In this document: positions 61,721-64,000 of the stretch, piece by piece
How positions within the stretch are numbered: position 1 is the first letter of the stretch
Layout of the letters: each line of letters starts with the position of its first letter
Source: Rhizodiscina lignyota
Taxonomy: Eukaryota
Assembly (NCBI GenBank): GCA_010015805.1
Contig: ML978123.1
Span: 62,001-126,000, forward strand
DNA length: 64,000 nt
Direction: 5' to 3'
Made by a program: the position numbers and the translations under genes
Notes under the pieces: generated by a model
Databases searched by the model: none
What the model was told of the DNA's origin: nothing
The model's input: only the letters and a program-made list of their open reading frames with translations

Positions 61721-62492
61721 CTACATAGTCCGCCAAAAGTAGTCCGCGTAGAAAAAGCGCGAAAATTTCGGGTCGATGTTGACGACGTGCACGTCGCCTT
61801 TCTGTGTGTTCCGGATAACAGCCTTGCTGTATACGCCAGTCGAGGCGTCGGCTTCGACATCGATTCCGAGCGAACGGAACACCTTGAGCTTCAATCTGCG
61901 ACTCCTCGTATCAGTACTTGAATCTTCTCATTCCACAACCAACCAATTTAACCAAAGCACATACATAACCTCATCATCCCCCACGTCCCTATTCCTCTCC
62001 ACATCCCCTTCCACCCCCTGCTTATCCAACTCTCCAAGCGTTGCTCTCAACCCCCTCAGCTCCTCTTCCATGCGCTGCGCCTCAATCTCCAAGTCGCTCG
62101 CCTGCTTCGCGACCCGGAACTTCTCCGTGTCGAGACGTAGAATCTCGTGGGCGTGCTCGCTGGCATCATGATTCGATGTCGTGACCCTGTGCTGTGACTC
62201 TACCGTCGCAAGTTGGCGGGAGAGTTTCTTGAGATTGGATTGGAGGGTTTGGAGTTGCAGGTCGCGCGCAGATGAGAGGGTGGAGAGTTGGTCGGATATG
62301 CGGGAAAGGGAGGACTTGTCAGGCCCGAGATTGAAGTGGTCGACGCATTGGGAGATGAGCTGTGATATTTATCAAGTCAGTGAATGATCCTCTCTATTCG
62401 TGGTCCTAGATCGTTTCCGCGAGAATTGATTGTTGGTATCGCAAGATCAACAGAAATGGACCTACGGCTGCTGGGACTTCGTCGAGCAACAT
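61721..62492 (-). CDS. SPC24: Kinetochore Ndc80-complex subunit Spc24
   Basis: Spliced translation MLLDEVPAA|LISQCVDHFNLGPDK..ILRLDTEKFRVAKQASDLEIE..LKLKVFRSLGIDVE..KGDVHVVNIDPKFSRFFYADYFW. Introns 62360-62465 and ~61897-61964. Absent from the ORF track. Confidence 0.88.
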
Positions 62493-62834
62493 GGTGATGA
62501 ATTCGCGTAATTTTAAAACCACAACAATCAAAAAGCCCTCAATCGATCAGTTTTGCAAGAGAACTAGGGTAGAAGGTCTCGAGCGTAGGGTAACCGAGCG
62601 CTGAAGTCGAGGTGGTGATGTTGATATTTGAAGCGGCCCAAGCTTCTGGCAGGGCAACGGCAAGCGAGACCCTGGCCGCGGCCTCGCGCTACGTCAGCAC
62701 ATGTCAGGGATGTGCAGCGCCTCACGAAGCATCGAGAAGCCGATCCACCACAATTTAACCTCCCATCATCTGCGCTTCCAAGAATCGATTTCCGCACCTC
62801 AAAGCAGTACTGATATCCATAGAGACAAGAAGCC

Positions 62835-63463
<629 letters not shown>

Positions 63464-63713
63464 GAGGCAACATTGGAGGTATGGCTGGGAGGAAGCTCGG
63501 TGGGGATAATAGAATATAACCGCCCATCCTTGGGGACGTTTTGGCGGGATTTTCATAGGCTGAGGCTGGATCATTTGTTCATACCGGATACTCTACTTAC
63601 AGTCTTCACGTAATGATATACCCGAGCATGAAGCAGTCGAGGAATAGCGCACGCAAATATCTTGCTTTATCTCCGGATATATCCTATCTAGTTAAGTAAT
63701 TCTGGTTTAAATT

Positions 63714-63730
63714 TTAGGGTTAGGGTTCGA
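63714..63730. promoter_or_regulatory. Telobox-like TTAGGGTTAGGGTT element
   Basis: TTAGGGTTAGGGTTCGA, with another TTAGGG at 63791; internal, not a terminal telomere tract. Confidence 0.45.
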
Positions 63731-64000
63731 TCGTGGCTATTTAATGAATACCATGGTCCGCTCATGCCTTTTCCACACTTTACTCCAGGATTAGGGACTA
63801 AGATAGTTAGTATACAAATTACTTATCGACGGCTTGCGAGAGAGTGCGTCGCACTTTGTCTCTAGAATTGTGCAACGATTTGTTATCCAGTCTCTAATGC
63901 GGTCCGCACTGACTTCTTTCTCAATCCAGACAGTCCGACTTCTCACATGTGGAAAGGCCATCCTCAGAATCTCTCACTCTCGCTTTGCCCATTTCCACAG

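Overview
Eukaryotic, intron-containing DNA from a filamentous ascomycete (Pezizomycotina), judged from short GT-AG introns with CTRAC/CTAAY branch sites, HET and NACHT genes, and NAM9/FIS1/SPC24 homologues. About 30 protein-coding genes are supported. The left ~38 kb is accessory-like: S53 peptidase, MYND protein, SulP transporter, a head-to-head pair of unknown paralogues, enoyl-reductase-like MDR, GH64, SDR, FAD monooxygenase, GT25, three tandem single-pass Ser/Thr-rich membrane proteins, O-methyltransferase, GNAT, two alpha/beta hydrolases, a macrodomain protein, GH76 and a HET protein. The right ~26 kb is mostly housekeeping (DHA1 MFS, phospholipase D, EAF7, NAM9, La/LHP1, GYF protein, SPC24, FIS1), with an NLR-like NACHT-ankyrin gene between EAF7 and NAM9. 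Best leads: (i) two genes whose frames close only with the same non-canonical donor AG|GCTTGT, which in the La gene competes with a GT donor 4 nt away and would switch between an N-terminally extended La and a uORF overlapping a downstream ATG; (ii) the triplicated putative surface receptor family with a shared phase-1 intron; (iii) a diverged ~109-bp tandem array near 53.1-53.7 kb; (iv) an identical 17-bp telobox in two intergenic regions. No rRNA, tRNA, CRISPR array or intact transposon was recognised. All calls come from reading motifs by eye; no database searches were run and splice models lack transcript support.
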